Counted from the stretch's first letter, positions 39,296-49,307 are shown. The stretch: DNA of 64,000 nucleotides from an uncultured Alphaproteobacteria bacterium (GCA_963814055.1 CAWFBJ010000031.1:199039-263038); one strand, 5' to 3'. The notes: generated from the sequence alone by a model not told the origin. Numbers and translations: made by a program.

Positions 39296-40051
39296 CTACT
39301 CGACCGAGGCACTCTTGGCCGTCTTGGAGCGCGTGCGCTTCGGCGGCGCCTTCTGTACCGGCTCATCATCGTCGTCGTTGAACAGGTCGAACAGACCTCC
39401 GCCTCCACCGCCTTGGCTGGCCGCCGGGCTCGGAGAGTTGGCCGGTTGGCTTGCGGATGCCGTGGTCGTGAATTTGTCCCAGGTGACCGTCACCTTGGTG
39501 CCGATGCTGACTCGCGGATAGAGGTCGGCGACGTCCTGGTTGTAAAGGCGGATGCAGCCCTTCGAGACGGCGTTACCGATGGTCCAGGGCGCGTCGGTGC
39601 CGTGGATGCGGTACATGCTGGACCCGAGGTAGAGCGCACGGTTGCCCAGCGGATTCATGGGATGGCCGCCCGGCACCCAGCGCGGCAGGCGCGGGTTCTC
39701 GGCGATCATGGTTGGCGTTGGCGTCCACGAGGGGTTCTCGCGCTTTTGACTGACGGACGTCACGCCTGCCCAGCGGCTCTGCTCGCGCGGAATGGCAATC
39801 GGATAGCTGATCGCTTGTCCCGGCTGGGTAATGTAGTAGAGGCGCCGGTCGCCGAAACTGACGATAACCTGGCCTTTGCCATACTGCGGGTTGAAACGCA
39901 CTGTCTCGCGACCGCTGCCGCCCACCGACGTGTTGCCGCCACCCCAATCGAAGAACAGCTGTTGCGCCGATGCCGGTCCCGCCAGCGTAGCGGCCGCTAC
40001 CAAAGCGCCTGCGCCGAGTGCAGCCTGGCCCAGCTTGCCTCGAATGATCAT
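39296..40051 (-). CDS. L,D-transpeptidase (YkuD/ErfK family) with Gly- and Asp-rich C-terminal tail
   Basis: A signal peptide is present. The active site reads YRIHGTDAPWTIGNAVSKGCIRLYNQDV. Confidence 0.85.
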   Translation of the reverse strand: MIIRGKLGQAALGAGALVAAATLAGPASAQQLFFDWGGGNTSVGGSGRETVRFNPQYGKGQVIVSFGDRRLYYITQPGQAISYPIAIPREQSRWAGVTSVSQKRENPSWTPTPTMIAENPRLPRWVPGGHPMNPLGNRALYLGSSMYRIHGTDAPWTIGNAVSKGCIRLYNQDVADLYPRVSIGTKVTVTWDKFTTTASASQPANSPSPAASQGGGGGGLFDLFNDDDDEPVQKAPPKRTRSKTAKSASVE

Positions 40052-40415
40052 TTCATGACTTCCTTCTTCTTGCTTTTGCCTTGGCTGCCCAGCCCACGCT
40101 CCACGGCCGAGTTGCCACGTTCAAGCTCCGGTCCTAAAGAAGCGCCTTTCGGACGCCTGAGAACGCAAAGCTTTCACGCCAACGGCTCAGTTCCCGCTTA
40201 TCCGTCACAGACTTGCTCGAAAGTGACGGGAGTGTGGCTAAGTCGCTGGCCGGAAGCAACCCGCGGGGATTTCGTTTGTGTCAGCATGTGCGCTTTCCGC
40301 CACATCTGCTTTCGACTGAGCAGCGCAGGCAACCTTCTGAACGGCCCCGGTCTTTGCACAGCGGCGAAAGGCGGCAACAGTGGCTTTGGATCCGAACCAC
40401 CGGTGCTTCCCGCCC

Positions 40416-42190
40416 ATGCCGTCGATAACGGGCTTTCGTAAATTTGCCCTGAGCGCCATTGCGCTGGTCGGCCTCACGGCAGGGGCGCGCTCACAACTTC
40501 TTGAAGTACAGCCGGAGCCAGGGACGACCTGGGGCTGGGCGCCGGCAGCCGCCGTCACGGCCAAAACGCACATGATTTCGGCTGCCAATCCCGTGGCAGT
40601 GGAAGCAGGGCTGCAGATGCTGCGCGCGGGCGGCAGCGCGGCGGATGCCGCGATTGCCGTGCAACTCGTGCTGAACCTGGTCGAACCGCAATCTTCCGGC
40701 CTCGGCGGCGGCGCGTTCGTGCTGCACTGGGATGCGGCGGGGAAGACCGCTCAAAAGCTACGACGGACGAGAGACGGCGCCCGCGGCCGCCAAGCCCGAC
40801 CGGTTTTTGGTTAACAACCGCCCGATGAACTTCGGAGACGCGATCTTCGGCGGCGCCAGCGTGGGCGTGCCGGGAACGCTGCGTCTGCTCGAATCCCTCC
40901 ATCGAGCGCACGGACGGCTCCCCTGGGCGCAGCTGTTCGGGCCGGCCATCCGCCTTGCCGAGGAGGGCTTCCGCGTCTCGACCCGGTTGCATTGGCTGTT
41001 GCGCTGGTACGGCGCGGACAGCTTCGCGCCCCGGCCGCGCCGCTATTTCTTCGATCAGACGGGGAGCGCCCGTCCCGCCGGCTACCTGCTGCGAAACCCG
41101 GAGTTCGCTGCGACGCTGCGCGCCATCGCCGAGCGCGGTGCCGGCGCGTTCTACGAGGGACCCATCGCGCAGGCCATCGTCGAGGCCGTGGCCACCGCCC
41201 CCAACCACCAGGGCGACGTCACCCTTGCCGACCTCGCCGGCTACAAAGCCAAGGAGCGCGATCCGCTCTGCTTTGCCTATCGCAAGAACCGTATTTGCAG
41301 CATGGGGCCACCCTCATCAGGCGGAATAGCAGTGGCGCAGGCGCTGAAGCTGGTCGAGGCCTTCGACCTGGGACAAGGACCGGCCGACGCGCTCAACACC
41401 CGGTCCATGCACCTTATCGCCGAAGCGGAGAAGCTGGCCTTTGCCGACCGCGATCACTACATCGGCGACCCCGATTTCGTACGCGTACCCATCGGCCTGC
41501 TGGATTCCGGCTATCTGGCTGCGCGCCGCTCGCTGATCGATCCGCAAACAGCCATGGGCCGGCCCAGTCCGGGCACACCGCCACAGCTGAGCGGACTGAC
41601 GCCCGGCGCCGACGAAACCCTGGAAATGGAAGGCACGAGCCATATCTCCATCGTGGACGGCATCGGCAACGTCCTGTCCATGACGACCACCATCGAGGCC
41701 GGCTTCGGCTCGCGCCTCTGGGCCGCGGGCTTCCTGCTCAACAACGAGATGACCGATTTCGCCTTCCGCCCGCAGGACAGTGGCGGCCGCCCGCTGGCCA
41801 ACGCGGATCGGGCCCGGCAAGCGGCCACGCAGTTCGATGGCGCCGACCATAGTTTTCGACGAAGAGGGTAAGCCGTGGGCGGCGTTGGGATCGCCCGGCG
41901 GGTCGCGCATCATCCTCTACGTGGTGAAGACACTGGTGGCCCTCATCGACTGGAGAATGGACGCGCAGCAGGCGGCCTCGCTCATGAACTTCGGCAGCCG
42001 CGGCGGAGCGTTCGAGATCGAGATTGACCACCGGTCGGCCCTCTGGCATGCGCTCAAGATGAAGCCCTACGGCCATACCATTAGCGCCGATCTCCTCAAC
42101 TCCGGCACGCACGTCATCGTCCTGCGCAAGGACGGACGGCTGGAGGGCGGTGCCGACCCCCGCCGCGAGGGCGTGGCGCGCGGAGACTGA
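40416..42190 (+). pseudogene. ggt: gamma-glutamyltransferase, interrupted by two +1 insertions
   Basis: Three frames carry MPSITGFRKFALSAIALVG...LGGGAFVLHWDAAGKT | LKSYDGRETAP...EGTSHISIVDGIGNVLSMTTTIE...SGGRPLAN | RIGPGKRPRSSMAPTIVF...GADPRREG. The switches lie at about 40746-40751 and about 41800-41806. The length is 1775 nt (3n+2). Confidence 0.9.
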
Positions 42191-42200
42191 CGGCCCGACC

Positions 42201-43205
42201 ATGCCCAAGCAAAATGTCACCGTCGTCGGCGCCGGCATCACCGGCCTGTGGCAGGCGCTAACACTGGCCCGCAGGGGCCATGGCGTGCGCCTGGTCGAAA
42301 AGTCCGCTGCGCCTTTCGCTGCTGCTGCCAGCGCCTATGCCGGTGCCATGCTGGGGCCGTTCTGCGAAAAGGAAGTGTATGCGCCGGTCGTGCGCGACCT
42401 GGGGCTCAGGTCGATCGGGCTGTGGCGCGAGACGTATCCGGGCACCGTCGTCAAGGGCACCCTGGTGATTGCGAGTGCACGCGACCGGAGCGAGGTGGAT
42501 CACTTCGCCCGGCTGACCGAGGGCCACGAGCGCATCGACGGCGACGCGATCGCCAGGCTGGAGCCCGATCTCGCGGGACGATTCGGCGCAGGCCTGTTCT
42601 ATGCGCAGGAAGCGCATGTCGATCCGCGCGCGGCGATGCAGTTTCTGCTGGAGGAGGCCAGGCGTGCCGGCGTGGAGGTCGCTTTCGGGACGGATTGGCA
42701 CGATCCAGTGGCGCAAGACGCAATGGTCATCAACTGCCGCGGCCTCGGCGCGCGGACCGCGCTTCCGGATCTCCGAGGCGTGCGCGGCGAGCGGCTGATC
42801 GTGCGCTCACGCGAGGTCGGCTTTCGCCGGCCGGTGCGCTTCCTGCATCCGCGCCAATCAATCTATGTCGTGCCGTGGGGGAACGGCCTGCACATGGTGG
42901 GCGCCACCGTGATCGAGAGCGACGACAGCGGCCCGATCACGGTGCGGTCGGCGCTGGAGCTGCTGGGCATGGCCTACGCCTTGCATCCCGCCTTCGGCGA
43001 AGCGCAAATTTTGGATGCCGGCGCCGGCGTGCGTCCCGCATTTGCCGACAATGTGCCGAAGGTCATCGTGCGCGGGCAGACCATTCACGTGAACGGGCTC
43101 TATCGCCACGGCTTCCTGCTGGCGCCCGCGCTGGCGGAGCTGGTGGCGGAGTATCTGGCGAATGGCGCGATCGACAATCGGGTTTTCGTGGTCGAACCGA
43201 AGTAG
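42201..43205 (+). CDS. thiO: FAD-dependent glycine oxidase
   Basis: MPKQNVTVVGAGITGLWQALTLARRGHGVRLVEKS is followed by ...AYAGAMLGPFCE... and a C-terminal GLYRHGFLLAPALAE. These are typical of ThiO-type oxidases. Confidence 0.7.
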   Translation: MPKQNVTVVGAGITGLWQALTLARRGHGVRLVEKSAAPFAAAASAYAGAMLGPFCEKEVYAPVVRDLGLRSIGLWRETYPGTVVKGTLVIASARDRSEVDHFARLTEGHERIDGDAIARLEPDLAGRFGAGLFYAQEAHVDPRAAMQFLLEEARRAGVEVAFGTDWHDPVAQDAMVINCRGLGARTALPDLRGVRGERLIVRSREVGFRRPVRFLHPRQSIYVVPWGNGLHMVGATVIESDDSGPITVRSALELLGMAYALHPAFGEAQILDAGAGVRPAFADNVPKVIVRGQTIHVNGLYRHGFLLAPALAELVAEYLANGAIDNRVFVVEPK

Positions 43206-43233
43206 ACTTGGCCTGCCTGGGCAGGGCGCAAGC

Positions 43234-43698
43234 ATGATCGTCGGCCTGATATCGGATACGCACGGGCTGCTTCGCCCGCAAGCCATCGCGGCGCTGCAGG
43301 GCTCCAGCGTCATCATTCACGCCGGCGATGTGGGCAAGCCCGAGATCCTCGAACGGCTCCGCGCCATCGCTCCGACATTTGCCGTGCGCGGGAATATTGA
43401 CACCCAGCCTTGGGCATCGGCGCTGCCAACGACGGTAGATATCGAGGTCTGGCACTTGCGGCTTCACGTGCTGCACCAGGTATCGCAGCTGGACCGCGAT
43501 TCTGCGGCTGCCAAATTTGCGGGCGTAATCTACGGGCATTCGCATCAGTCATCGATCGAAACGCGTGACGGGGTCTTGTTCATCAATCCAGGCAGCGCCG
43601 GTCCTCGTCGCTTCAAGCTGCCCGTGACGATTGCTCGTCTCAGCCTACAAGGCGGCGAGCTTCAGGCCGAGATCGTTGATTTGAATGTTGGCGTCTAA
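43234..43698 (+). CDS. metallophosphoesterase, YfcE/MJ0936 family
   Basis: The motifs MIVGLISDTHG, ...IIHAGDVG..., ...VRGNID..., ...GHSH... and ...NPGS are all present. Confidence 0.75.
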   Translation: MIVGLISDTHGLLRPQAIAALQGSSVIIHAGDVGKPEILERLRAIAPTFAVRGNIDTQPWASALPTTVDIEVWHLRLHVLHQVSQLDRDSAAAKFAGVIYGHSHQSSIETRDGVLFINPGSAGPRRFKLPVTIARLSLQGGELQAEIVDLNVGV

Positions 43699-44177
43699 GG
43701 CAGCGATGCGGTTTTCGCGCGCATGTCCTCAGCCTGGCAGGTGAGCTTGGTCAGGATGCGGTCGAGGGCACTGCGGTCGGCGGCGGATAGGGCGCCCAGA
43801 AGTTCCGCCTCCCATTCCAATGCGAGCGCCGCGATCTGGCGGAACAGCAAGCGCCCACGCCGCGTCAGCGTCAGGCGCACCTGCCGCCGGTCGGCACTGA
43901 CGATGGCGCGTTGCGTCAGGCCGCGCGCCTCCAGCCGCTGCAGCGCTCGCGTCACCTTGGGCTTCTCCATGCTCGAGCGCTCGGCGAGTTCGCCGGCGTT
44001 GAGCGGTCCAAAGCGACCGAGATTAGCCAGCACGCGCCATTCCGGAATCGAGAGGCCGAATTCCTTCGTATAGATGCTCGACAGCGCCCGGCTCACGGTG
44101 TGGGCGGCCACCGCCAGCCGGTAAGGCGCAAACGCCTCCAGCGCCAAGGCAGGCTGCGTTCGCGAAATATCATCCAT
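43695..44177 (-). CDS. MarR family transcriptional regulator, divergent from hmgA
   Basis: The winged-helix region reads ...LSIPEWRVLANLGRFGPLNAGELAERSSMEKPKVTRALQRLEARGL.... The start is the ATG at 44177, with a TTG alternative at 44210. The stop overlaps the convergent gene's stop by 4 nt. Confidence 0.85.
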   Translation of the reverse strand: MDDISRTQPALALEAFAPYRLAVAAHTVSRALSSIYTKEFGLSIPEWRVLANLGRFGPLNAGELAERSSMEKPKVTRALQRLEARGLTQRAIVSADRRQVRLTLTRRGRLLFRQIAALALEWEAELLGALSAADRSALDRILTKLTCQAEDMRAKTASLP

Positions 44178-44199
44178 GAGGCGGTCCGATTCCGATTGA

Positions 44200-44216
44200 T
44201 TTCGTTTCAAACGAAA
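44200..44216. promoter_or_regulatory. candidate MarR operator: perfect palindrome TTTCGTTT-C-AAACGAAA
   Basis: This is the only AT-rich perfect inverted repeat in the marR-hmgA intergenic region. Assigning it as an operator is inference. Confidence 0.3.
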
Positions 44217-44236
44217 CTATCATGGCGCTCACGACC

Positions 44237-44341
44237 TGTCATCCCGGACGGCCGCAGGCCGATCCGGGACCTAGGAGCAAGGGACGCGGCGCTTGGCTCT
44301 GGGTCCCGGCTCCCGGGCCACCGCCCTCGGCCAGGATGACA
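44237..44341. repeat. MITE-like element, second copy (termini TGTCATCCCGG ... CCAGGATGACA)
   Basis: It has inverted termini, the internal hairpin TCCCGGA..TCCGGGA and the GGGTCCCGGCTC motif. It belongs to the same family as 28698-28829. It lies inside the hmgA/marR control region. Confidence 0.5.
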
Positions 44342-44366
44342 AAGCGGCGATATGTGGAGGACTCCC

Positions 44367-45722
44367 ATGCCAGATGGCGGCAAGACCAGGACGGAGACGG
44401 GCGGCGGGCAATGGACCCAGGCGACGCCCGCCGGCTACATGCCGGGCTTCGGCAACGACTTCGAGACCGAGGCGCTGCCCGGCGCGCTGCCCATCGGCCA
44501 GAATTCGCCGCAGCGTACGGCGTACGGCCTCTATGCCGAGCAGCTCTCCGGCTCGCCGTTCACCGCACCACGCGGCACCAACGAGCGCTCGTGGCTCTAC
44601 CGTATCCGCCCCTCCGTGCAGCACGCGCCGAAGTTCAAGAAGACGGCGCTGCCCTATTGGAAGACCGCACCGTCGACGGGCGAGCATGACCGGCCGATCG
44701 GGCAGTTGCGCTGGAGCCCCGTGCCGATCCCGCAAGAGAAGCTGACGTTCCTCACGGGCATGCGGACGATGACCACGTCGGGCGACGTCAACACGCAGGC
44801 CGGCATGGCGGCGCACGTCTATCTCGTGACGCAGTCGATGGAGAACGACTACTTCTACAATGCCGACGGCGAATTCCTGATCGTGCCGCAGCAGGGAAGC
44901 TTGCGCTTTTTCACCGAGTTCGGGCGCATCGATGTCGAGCCTGGCGAGATCTGCATCATACCGCGCGGCGTCAAATTCAAGGTCGAGCTGATCGACGGCC
45001 CGGCACGGGGCTACGTGTGCGAAAACTACGGCGCCAAGTTCACGCTGCCCGACCGCGGTCCCATCGGCGCCAACTGTCTCGCCAACGCGCGCGATTTCAA
45101 GACGCCCATGGCGGCATTCGAAGACAGGCAGGAGACATCACGCTTGACCGTGAAGTGGTGCGGCAGCTTCAATGTCGCCGAGATCGGTCACTCGCCGCTC
45201 GACGTGGTGGCCTGGCATGGCAACTACGCGCCCTACAAGTACAACCTGCGCCATTATTCCCCGGTCGGCGCCATCGGCTTCGATCATCCCGATCCATCGA
45301 TCTTCACGGTGCTCACCGCACCGTCCGAAACAGCCGGCACGGCCAACATCGATTTCGTGATTTTCCCCGAACGTTGGGCCGTGGCCGAGCACACGTTCCG
45401 GCCGCCCTGGTATCACATGAACATCATGTCGGAGTTCATGGGACTTATCTACGGCGTCTACGACGCCAAGCCCGAAGGTTTCGTGCCGGGCGGCATCAGC
45501 CTGCACAACTGCATGCTGCCGCACGGCCCCGACAAGGCCGCCTACGACCACGCCACCAAGACAGAACTGAAACCGGTGAAGCTGACGAATACGCTGGCGT
45601 TCATGTTCGAGACGCGATTTCCCCAGCACCTCACCAAGTTCGCCGCCGAGCTCGAGACGCTGCAGGAGGACTACGCGGAGTGCTGGACGCCGCTGGAAAA
45701 AAACTTCACCGGCAAAAAATGA
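44367..45722 (+). CDS. hmgA: homogentisate 1,2-dioxygenase
   Basis: ...[44 protein letters not shown]...[13 protein letters not shown]...[12 protein letters not shown]... fits HmgA. A GGAGGA ribosome-binding site lies 4-5 nt before the ATG at 44367. Confidence 0.95.
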   Translation: MPDGGKTRTETGGGQWTQATPAGYMPGFGNDFETEALPGALPIGQNSPQRTAYGLYAEQLSGSPFTAPRGTNERSWLYRIRPSVQHAPKFKKTALPYWKTAPSTGEHDRPIGQLRWSPVPIPQEKLTFLTGMRTMTTSGDVNTQAGMAAHVYLVTQSMENDYFYNADGEFLIVPQQGSLRFFTEFGRIDVEPGEICIIPRGVKFKVELIDGPARGYVCENYGAKFTLPDRGPIGANCLANARDFKTPMAAFEDRQETSRLTVKWCGSFNVAEIGHSPLDVVAWHGNYAPYKYNLRHYSPVGAIGFDHPDPSIFTVLTAPSETAGTANIDFVIFPERWAVAEHTFRPPWYHMNIMSEFMGLIYGVYDAKPEGFVPGGISLHNCMLPHGPDKAAYDHATKTELKPVKLTNTLAFMFETRFPQHLTKFAAELETLQEDYAECWTPLEKNFTGKK

Positions 45723-45732
45723 TATGCGCGCG

Positions 45733-46860
45733 TCAACCGCGGATGCCGAGCGTTATGGTGTCGTAGGCGTGGTCGGCGATCTGCCACCAGGGAAGCTGCT
45801 CTCTGCGGAACGCATTGGCGGAATCGAATGCCTTCTTGAAGGCCGCGTCCTTGGCTGCCACCTCGCCGTAGTGGTCGTTGGTGGCCTTGTAGCAGGCCTC
45901 CAGGATGGGCTGCGAAAAGGACTTGAGGATGGCTCCGCCAAGCACCAGGCGTTTCAACGCAGCAGGGTTGAGCGCGTCATACCGCGCCAGCATCCAGGAA
46001 TTGGCCGAGCTGCAGGCGCGTTCGACGATGGCCCGATAGGGCTTGGGTAGCGCATTCCATCTTTCCTGATTGACGATCAGATGCACCATGCCGCCGCTTT
46101 CCCACCAGCACGGGTGGTAATTGTATTTCGCCAGCTTGGCGATACCCAACTTTTCGTCGTCATGGGGGCAGATGAATTCGGCGGCATCGATGGTCCCCGT
46201 TTCCAGGGCCGCATAGACGTCGGCATGCGAAAGGTAGTGTGCCTTGGCGCCGACCCGCTCGAAGATCGGAGCGCCCAGCGCTCCGACGCGAATCCTCAGA
46301 CCCTTGAGATCCTCGAGCGTGTTGATCTCCCTCTTGAACCACGCGCCCATCTGCGCGCCGGTGCTGCCGGCGGGGATGCCGTAGGCATTGAACTTCTTCA
46401 GGGCTCCATTGATGATCTCGTTGCCCCCGCCGAAAGTCCACCAGGAGAGCTGGTGCCGGGCATTGAGACCGAAGGGCAGGCCGCTCCCCACGCCGAGCAC
46501 GGGGTCCTTGTAGAAATAGAAATGCAAGGGTGTGAAGGCGCAGTCGACCGATCCGCTGGTTACGGCATCGAGCGCCTGGCGGCTTGGCGTCAGCTCGCCG
46601 GCCGCATAGGCTTGGATCTGGAACTTGTTGTCCGTGGCCTCGGCAACATAGCGGCACAGAATTTTCGCCGTTCCGAAGATGGCATCGGTCGACTTCGGAT
46701 AACTGGAACTCATGCGCCATTGGATCTCGGGCGCCGATTGGGCAATGGCAGGTGCGGCAACGGCGGGACCGGTGAGGGCCACCGCAGCACCCCGGAGAAA
46801 CGCTCTGCGCTTCACGACGTCGCCTCCAGCCTCGTTCTGGCGATCCAGCTTAGTCGACAT
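45733..46860 (-). CDS. TRAP transporter substrate-binding protein (DctP-like) with twin-arginine signal, orphan
   Basis: ...VVKRRAFLRGAAVALTGPAVAAPAIAQ is followed by ...IQWRMSSSYPKS.... No dctQ or dctM gene is present in the window. Confidence 0.8.
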   Translation of the reverse strand: MSTKLDRQNEAGGDVVKRRAFLRGAAVALTGPAVAAPAIAQSAPEIQWRMSSSYPKSTDAIFGTAKILCRYVAEATDNKFQIQAYAAGELTPSRQALDAVTSGSVDCAFTPLHFYFYKDPVLGVGSGLPFGLNARHQLSWWTFGGGNEIINGALKKFNAYGIPAGSTGAQMGAWFKREINTLEDLKGLRIRVGALGAPIFERVGAKAHYLSHADVYAALETGTIDAAEFICPHDDEKLGIAKLAKYNYHPCWWESGGMVHLIVNQERWNALPKPYRAIVERACSSANSWMLARYDALNPAALKRLVLGGAILKSFSQPILEACYKATNDHYGEVAAKDAAFKKAFDSANAFRREQLPWWQIADHAYDTITLGIRG

Positions 46861-46869
46861 GGCGCCATC

Positions 46870-47130
46870 ATGAAACTCGCAACTCTCGAACATGGTAGCC
46901 GCGACAGGTCATTGGCCGCGGTTTCGCGCGATCTATCCAGCGCAATTGTGGTGGAAACCCCATTGTTTCGCCTCAAGACGCTGCAGCAACTCGTGGCCAA
47001 TGAAGACTCTACGCAACCCAAGGCCACGCAGATCTGCGCGGGCCAGAACAAACCGCCGAAAGTGGACTGTGGGCTTCCGGCCCCGCATGCGTGCACTGCA
47101 GCATTGCCGCGCGTCTATCAACGGGCTGAT
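46870..47130 (+). pseudogene. 5' remnant of a fumarylacetoacetate hydrolase (FAH) family gene
   Basis: The translation MKLATLEHGSRDRSLAAVSRDLSS...TLQQL...LPRVYQRAD keeps the anchor residues of the N-terminal domain of the approx. 330-aa FAH-family proteins (MKLATL.DGSRDG.L.VVSRDL...TLQ.AL...PLPRAYQWADGSAY). The catalytic domain is absent. Only 425 bp separate this ATG from the next gene. Confidence 0.55.
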
Positions 47131-47294
47131 CGCCCTGTGAAGTGCGGCAATCGCCTGAGCTCCAGATGCTGGCGGGTCGGCCGGGCCGATCTTCGGTGCA
47201 ATCGAACACCAGGTCGTGGGATACGTCCGATGAGGTTCGCGCGACACATCATCCCCGCCCACAAGGTCCGGGACGACAGAAAGGAAAAGCCGAC

Positions 47295-48245
47295 ATGACG
47301 AAGAATTTTGCCTCCACCGGCGACCTTGAAGAAAAGAAGGTCACGTTCAAGGAGATCGGACCCCAGCTTTTTGCCTTTACCGCCGAGGGCGACCCCAACA
47401 GCGGCATCATCGTCGGCGACGACGGCGTCATCGTCATCGACGCGCAGGCGACGCCGGTGCTGGCGGCGCAGGTCATCGAGCGCGTACGCAAGGTCACGGA
47501 CAAGCCGATCAAATACGTGGTGCTCTCGCACTATCACGCCGTGCGCGTGCTCGGCGCGTCCGCATACAAGGCGCAGGAAATCATCGCCTCCGAAACCTGC
47601 AGGGCCATGATCGCGGAGCGCGGACAGGAGGACTGGGATTCGGAGTACGGCCGCTTCCCGCGCCTGTTCCGCGCCGCCGAAAGCGTGCCGGGGCTGACCT
47701 GGCCCACCGTCACGTTCAAGCAGCGCATGACGCTCTATCTCGGCAAGCGCCGCGTGGAGTTGATGCACCTGGGCCGCGCCCACACCGCCGGCGACATCGT
47801 CGCCTACGTGCCGGACGCCAACGTCGTTTTTTCAGGCGACATCGTCGAATACAAATCGGCCTGCTATTGCGGCGACGCGCACTTTGCCGATTGGCCCGGG
47901 ACACTCGACAAGCTCGCAGCCTTCGGCAGCGAAGCTTTGGTGCCCGGCCGTGGCGATGCGCTGATCGGTCAGGACACCGTCCGGGAAGGCATCGAGCTCA
48001 CGCGGCAATTCCTGGGCGATCTCTACGCTCCGGTCGCCCGCGGCGTGGCGCGCGGCGCCTCGCCCAAGCAATGCTTCGACGAGGCGACGGCCGCCATGCG
48101 TCCAAAGTATGGAAACTGGCCGATCTTCGAGCACTGCCAGCCGTTCAACGTCGCGCGAGCCTACGACGAGGCCCAGGGCATCGACACCCCGCGCATCTGG
48201 ACCGCGGAACGCGACCGCGCCATGTGGGCGGCGCTGCAGGGGTGA
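47295..48245 (+). CDS. MBL-fold metallo-hydrolase
   Basis: ...VIVIDAQATP...YVVLSHYHAVRVLG...GRAHTAGDIVAY...SGDIVEY... fits the fold. An AAGGAA ribosome-binding site lies upstream of the ATG at 47295. Confidence 0.75.
   Translation: MTKNFASTGDLEEKKVTFKEIGPQLFAFTAEGDPNSGIIVGDDGVIVIDAQATPVLAAQVIERVRKVTDKPIKYVVLSHYHAVRVLGASAYKAQEIIASETCRAMIAERGQEDWDSEYGRFPRLFRAAESVPGLTWPTVTFKQRMTLYLGKRRVELMHLGRAHTAGDIVAYVPDANVVFSGDIVEYKSACYCGDAHFADWPGTLDKLAAFGSEALVPGRGDALIGQDTVREGIELTRQFLGDLYAPVARGVARGASPKQCFDEATAAMRPKYGNWPIFEHCQPFNVARAYDEAQGIDTPRIWTAERDRAMWAALQG
48220..48245 (+). repeat. direct repeat copy 1 (3' end of the MBL gene): CCATGTGGGCGGCGCTGCAGGGGTGA
   Basis: A match of 22 identical nt, extending to 26 nt with one mismatch, occurs at 49308-49332, 1,088 bp downstream. 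Confidence 0.8.
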
Positions 48246-48345
48246 CGGTGCCGCCCGGCTGCGTGGTCGAGAGCTGATTGCGAAGTCTGGCCCGCTGGGG
48301 CGTTGCTGTGTAGTGTTTGGCACGTGCTTTCGAGGGGAGTGATAG

Positions 48346-49299
48346 ATGCCGTTACGCGCCAACGAGCGGGTCGCCTGGTTCAACGGCGAGTTCATGCCGG
48401 AAAGCCAAGTACGCATTCCGTTTCGCGATTCGAGCTGGGTCTACGGCGACGGCGGCTTCGACATGACCCGCAGCTTCGGCCACCGCTTGTTCAAGGTGAA
48501 AGAGCACGTCGACCGGCTCTATCGTTCGCTCAAGTATCTGCGTATCGATCCGGGTTTCGGGCCCCAGAAGATGTGCGCTCTGACAGAGGATCTGTTCGAG
48601 CGCAACCGCCACCTGCTCGGTCCCGATGACGACTACTGGGTCGGCCAGCGCATCAGCCGCGGCGTCAAGGAGACCGACGGCGACAATCTCGACTATCACG
48701 GTCCCAATGTCGTGCTCGAATGCTCGCCCTTGCCGTTCGTTCAGCGCGCCAAGCTGTTCAAGGAAGGCATCCGGGTGGTGATCCCCTCGCATCGCCGCGT
48801 GCCGCCGGATTCGCTCACACCCCGTGCCAAGACGCACAACTATCTGAATCTCATCGTCGCCAACCAGGAGGTGCAGAGCATTGATCCCGAGGCCTGGGCG
48901 CTGCTGCTCGACGTCAACGGCAACCTGTGCGAGGGCATGGGCTCCAACATCTTCACGGTGCGCGAGGGCGAAATCCTCACCCCGCGCGAAAAATTCGTGC
49001 TCCCGGGTGTGAGCCGCCAGACCGTGATCGATCTCGCGCGCGGGGAGGGCCTCACGCTGCGTGAGGCCGACATCGACCTTTACGACGCCTACAGCGCGGA
49101 CGAGGTGTTCCTGACCTCGACCTCCTTGTGCATCTGCCCCGTGACGCGCGTGAACGGAGTGGAGATCGGCCCCAAGGGGCAGGTGTGGGGGCCGGTGACC
49201 AAGCGGCTCGCCGAGGCCTATCAGCACTTCGTCAAGCACGACTTCGTGGGCCAGTATCTCAAGCGCTATGCCGAGGGGATGGAGGCGCGGGCGTTTTGA
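48346..49299 (+). CDS. class IV aminotransferase (branched-chain/D-amino acid aminotransferase fold)
   Basis: ...WVYGDGGFDMTRSF.GHRLFKVKEHVDRLYRS...AKTHNYLNLIVANQE...EGMGSNIF...PGVSRQTVIDLA... fits the fold. Confidence 0.85.
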   Translation: MPLRANERVAWFNGEFMPESQVRIPFRDSSWVYGDGGFDMTRSFGHRLFKVKEHVDRLYRSLKYLRIDPGFGPQKMCALTEDLFERNRHLLGPDDDYWVGQRISRGVKETDGDNLDYHGPNVVLECSPLPFVQRAKLFKEGIRVVIPSHRRVPPDSLTPRAKTHNYLNLIVANQEVQSIDPEAWALLLDVNGNLCEGMGSNIFTVREGEILTPREKFVLPGVSRQTVIDLARGEGLTLREADIDLYDAYSADEVFLTSTSLCICPVTRVNGVEIGPKGQVWGPVTKRLAEAYQHFVKHDFVGQYLKRYAEGMEARAF

Positions 49300-49307
49300 C
49301 GGCCGCA

